From contig JAFUXB010000004.1 of assembly GCA_017477255.1 (NCBI GenBank), forward strand, positions 81,132-145,131: a stretch of DNA of 64,000 nucleotides. The letters run 5' to 3'. The notes beneath the pieces are model-generated. The model was not told where the DNA came from and made no database searches. It was given only the letters and a program-made list of their open reading frames with translations. Positions 60,597 to 64,000 of this stretch are shown in pieces (position 1 is the stretch's first letter; each line of letters starts with the position of its first letter). The DNA is from Bacilli bacterium. Its GTDB lineage: Bacteria; Bacillota_I; Bacilli_A; RFN20; CAG-826. The position numbers and the translations under genes are program-made.

Positions 60597-61751
60597 ATGG
60601 AATTTAAATTAGATGGTAATGAACTTAGATTAATTTTCGTAGGAGAAATTAATAGCGCCACAGCAGCTAGTGTTGAAGAAGATGTTAATAAAACATTAGA
60701 AGGAAAACAATTTGAGAAATTAATTTTAGATTTTGAAAAAGTTGTTTATGTTTCTAGTGCTGGACTTAGAATAATTTTAAAACTTAAACAAAAATATAAA
60801 GATGTTTCTATAATTAATGCCTCTTTAGAAGTTTATGATGTTTTACAAATGACTGGTTTTACTAATTTAATGGAAATTAAAAAAGCATTAGCAGTTGTTG
60901 ATGTTACAGGATGTGAAATAATTGGAACTGGTTATTATTCAAAAGTTTATAGAATTAATAAAGACACAATTATTAAAGTTTATGAAAGACAAAATGATAT
61001 TAAAGAAATTGAAAGAGAATTAAATCTTTGTAAACAAGCCTTTATTTTAGGAATTCCAACTGCAATTTCATTCGATATAGTCAAAGTTAATGACAAATTA
61101 GGTGTTAGATTTGAAATGTTAGATTCTCATTCTTTAAGAGATTTATTTGTTAATTATCCTGAAAGATTTGATGAATTATGTGCTAAATATGCAAATCTTT
61201 TAAAGAAAATTAATACAACAGAATCAACAGATGAAACCTTACCTGATGCTAAAAAGGAATGGTTTAAAAAACTTGAAGCAATTCAACCTTATTTAGATGT
61301 TGAAGATTTCTTTAAATGTAGAGAACTTTTAAAAGGAATCCCTTATAGAAAAACATTTATTCATGGTGATTGCCATGTTAAAAATATTATGGTTCAAGGT
61401 GATGAATTATTCTTAATTGATATGGACACATTATCAATTGGACATCCAATTTTTGAACTTGCTGCAATTTATGCAACATATTGTGCATTTGAAGAAGATA
61501 TTCCTGGAAATAACGAAGTTTTCTTAAAAATGAATGGCGAATTAACTAGAAAAATGTACATTCAAATCTTAAAAGATTATTTTGATAACTATAATGAAGA
61601 TATTTTAAATAAGATCAGAATTGTTTCTTATATTCACATGATGTGGTGGGATTTAACATTTGAACCAGAATCATTAAAGCATTTAGATAAATCAAATAAA
61701 AAATTAGCTGAACTTTTAAAACAATATAATGATTTAGATATAGGTGCATAA
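60597..61751 (+). CDS. STAS (anti-anti-sigma) domain fused to an APH/choline-kinase-like phosphotransferase
   Basis: GEINSATA...YVSSAGLR...TGF (STAS); IGTGYYSKVY, HGDCHVKN and IDMD (kinase). Confidence 0.85.
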   Translation: MEFKLDGNELRLIFVGEINSATAASVEEDVNKTLEGKQFEKLILDFEKVVYVSSAGLRIILKLKQKYKDVSIINASLEVYDVLQMTGFTNLMEIKKALAVVDVTGCEIIGTGYYSKVYRINKDTIIKVYERQNDIKEIERELNLCKQAFILGIPTAISFDIVKVNDKLGVRFEMLDSHSLRDLFVNYPERFDELCAKYANLLKKINTTESTDETLPDAKKEWFKKLEAIQPYLDVEDFFKCRELLKGIPYRKTFIHGDCHVKNIMVQGDELFLIDMDTLSIGHPIFELAAIYATYCAFEEDIPGNNEVFLKMNGELTRKMYIQILKDYFDNYNEDILNKIRIVSYIHMMWWDLTFEPESLKHLDKSNKKLAELLKQYNDLDIGA

Positions 61752-63612
61752 AATGAAAAAAAGTATTCAAATTGATACTTTAGAAAAAAATGAACATGAC
61801 GCCAATAAACAGATGGTTAAAGTCTCTGTTTTTTCAGCGATTGTTTTAACAATTATTTATATTTTATATTTAACTAAAGTATTTCCTATTAGAAGTTTAC
61901 TTTTAGTCAATATTTTCTTTCCATACAATATTGTCATGATGTTATCTACATTAATTTGGCAAAAAACTAAATTTTTTAATAAGCCTGGAATGAAATATTT
62001 CCTTCTTTTTATATTTATGACTGTTATTGCTACAGTTAATGTAGCTATGCCAAAACATGCTATGATTGGTTGGGCTGCTTGTATTGTTTTAGCAAATCAT
62101 TATTATAGTCCTAAAGTTGGTAGAGTTATATTTTTTACTTCACTTATTACAATGCTTATTTGTATATATGCTGGTATGTTTTTTGGTGAATATGATCTTA
62201 ATTTATTTAATGGAGCAAAGATTGTATATGATGAAGAAGCAGGTAGAAATATATTAGTTGAATTAAATACATTTGAAGAAAGAGTCGCATTTTTAAATGA
62301 AAAAGTTCAACAAGGAGATAATAGATATATTAAAGTATTTGTTTATTATTATTTAGCTAGAGCTATCTTTTTAACTGTTGTTTTCTTTATTACTGATGCA
62401 TTAAATAAAAGAACATTTAAATTATTAAGTGATGAAATTAATTTATCTAATAATCATTCTAGAATTGAAACAGAATTAAGTATTGCTGAAGAAATTCAAA
62501 GAAGTGCATTGCCTGATGAATTTACTAATTCAAAAGATGTAACAATATTAGCTGAACTTAAACCAGCTAAAGAAGTTGGTGGTGATTTATATGATTATTT
62601 CCAACTTGATGATACACATGTAGCAATTGTAATAGGCGATGTTAGTGGAAAAGGTACACCTGGTGCAATGTTTATGATGAAAACAATCACTTGTATTAAA
62701 AATTTTATTAATATAAGTGAATCTCCAAGTGAAATATTAAAGAAAGTAAATAAAGTTTTATGTGAAGGTAATTCTTCACAAATGTTTGTTACTTGTTTCT
62801 TAGGTATTTTAGATACTAAAACTGGTGAATTTACTTATTCAAATGCCGGTCATAATCATCCAGTAATTAAAAGAAATAATAAATATGAATTACTTGATTG
62901 TTATTCAGGATTTTTACTTGGATGTATTGAAGATGTTCCATTAATGGATCAAAAAATTAAATTAGAAAGTAACGATATCATCTTACTTTATACAGATGGA
63001 GTTACTGAAGCTAGAAACGAAAAAGGTGAATTCTTTGGCGAACTAAGACTTTTAAAAGAATTAAATAAGAAAGAATATACTTCTCACGTTTCTATGTTTT
63101 ATGATTTAAAAGAAGAAGTTAGTAAATTTATTGGTGAAGCTGAACAAGCTGATGATATTACTTTACTTGCTTTAGCTTATAAAGCTGATGAAGCAAATAT
63201 CAAAGATATTTTAGTTAAATCTAAACCTGAAAATATTGAAGAAATATTTAAAGTTATTAAAGAAGGAACTAAGGAAGATGAACTATCTTCTAAAATTACT
63301 AATGAATTAACTATTATTGCAGATGAAATATATTCTAATATTGCTAAATTTGCCTATAATGGCGACATTGGCGATGTTTATTTTAGATATGAATATAATA
63401 GAGTAAAAAAAGTTATTACATTAATTTTTATTGATAGGGGCGTTAAATTTAATCAAACTGAAGTTAATAGAGAATCTATTACTGGTGAAGAAAAGAAACT
63501 AGAAGAAGGTGGACTTGGAATTTTAATGGTTAAAAATTTAGCATCTTCATTTAGTTATGATAGATTAAATGATAAAAATGTTTTAGTTATCAAATATAAT
63601 ATTAATAAATAG
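61744..63612 (+). CDS. Membrane SpoIIE/RsbU PP2C phosphatase fused to an RsbW-like HATPase
   Basis: TM region; EVGGDLYD, GDVSGKG, NAGH, YTDGVTEA and DDIT; EIYSNIAKFAY, DRG and GGLGI. Confidence 0.88.
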   Translation: MHKMKKSIQIDTLEKNEHDANKQMVKVSVFSAIVLTIIYILYLTKVFPIRSLLLVNIFFPYNIVMMLSTLIWQKTKFFNKPGMKYFLLFIFMTVIATVNVAMPKHAMIGWAACIVLANHYYSPKVGRVIFFTSLITMLICIYAGMFFGEYDLNLFNGAKIVYDEEAGRNILVELNTFEERVAFLNEKVQQGDNRYIKVFVYYYLARAIFLTVVFFITDALNKRTFKLLSDEINLSNNHSRIETELSIAEEIQRSALPDEFTNSKDVTILAELKPAKEVGGDLYDYFQLDDTHVAIVIGDVSGKGTPGAMFMMKTITCIKNFINISESPSEILKKVNKVLCEGNSSQMFVTCFLGILDTKTGEFTYSNAGHNHPVIKRNNKYELLDCYSGFLLGCIEDVPLMDQKIKLESNDIILLYTDGVTEARNEKGEFFGELRLLKELNKKEYTSHVSMFYDLKEEVSKFIGEAEQADDITLLALAYKADEANIKDILVKSKPENIEEIFKVIKEGTKEDELSSKITNELTIIADEIYSNIAKFAYNGDIGDVYFRYEYNRVKKVITLIFIDRGVKFNQTEVNRESITGEEKKLEEGGLGILMVKNLASSFSYDRLNDKNVLVIKYNINK

Positions 63613-63637
63613 TTAAGATAAGAGGTTTTAATTTCGT

Positions 63638-64000
63638 ATGTATAAGAATCAGAATTTACTAAATATTAAAAGAAGAATATTAATAGTCGATGATGAGTTA
63701 ATTAATCGAACTATTTTAGCTGAGATGTTAAAAGATACTTATGAGATTTTAACTGCAAGCAATGGTGAGGAAGCTTTAGAAATATTAAATAAAGAAGAAT
63801 ATATCACTATTGTCATACTTGATTTATTAATGCCTAAAGTTGATGGCTTTGAAGTTTTAAAAAGAAAAAAAGCAAATATAAATATTAAAGATATTCCAGT
63901 TATTGTTTCTACTTCAGAAAAAGAATTGGAAGTAAAAAGTTTAAAACTTGGAGCTAGTGATTTTATTAAAAAACCATATGATGATGTAGAAGTAATTAAA
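63638..64000 (+). CDS. Response-regulator receiver-domain protein (3'-truncated by the window)
   Basis: ILIVDDE, NGEEAL, ILDLLMPKVDGFEVL, IPVIV and GASDFIKKP. Confidence 0.88.
   Translation, partial: MYKNQNLLNIKRRILIVDDELINRTILAEMLKDTYEILTASNGEEALEILNKEEYITIVILDLLMPKVDGFEVLKRKKANINIKDIPVIVSTSEKELEVKSLKLGASDFIKKPYDDVEVIK

Noticed and set aside
1-64000. Genetic code 4 (TGA=Trp) or AGG=Met reassignment
   Set aside because: Long ORFs are intact under code 11, TGA ends genes at ATGA-type overlaps (16201, 51990), and AGG falls at Arg positions (HPYTRAL, MYRKI).

Overview
Very AT-rich chromosomal window from an uncultivated Bacilli/Mollicutes-adjacent gut bacterium. Evidence for this placement is a short ClpB lacking the N-domain, a CIRCE operator and many lipoproteins; TGA is still used as a stop. 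From left to right: an Opp-family ABC importer with a large surface protein and two GH32 lipoproteins (a fructan/sucrose-type locus); hypB, an FAD/FeS oxidoreductase and hypA; a lipid-related cluster (tocopherol-cyclase-like, EEP, GNAT, acpP, plsX); regulators and an ABC exporter; an AAA-DUF4143 gene behind a 33-bp-period repeat array; BspA-like LRR lipoproteins; a ~10 kb defence island (XRE, nuclease-DGQHR, Dam-type MTase, wHTH, PHP-ATPase, DUF4238, GIY-YIG) punctuated by three att-like sites; SAM and lysine riboswitches; rex and an [FeFe]-hydrogenase; clpB; msrA; paralogous lipoproteins; and a STAS-kinase/PP2C-HATPase/response-regulator module. Main observations: (1) the rare in-frame CGG codons fall at positions where Trp is expected, indicating CGG->Trp reassignment; (2) a shared 12-bp core with modular left and right arms divides the defence island into cassette-like units, with no recombinase in the window; (3) an uncharacterised-looking nuclease-DGQHR/Dam/wHTH operon; (4) a 28-bp non-palindromic intergenic repeat in 8 copies; (5) Ni chaperones flanking a flavoprotein with no NiFe enzyme nearby. 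All calls come from reading motifs by eye; no searches were run.
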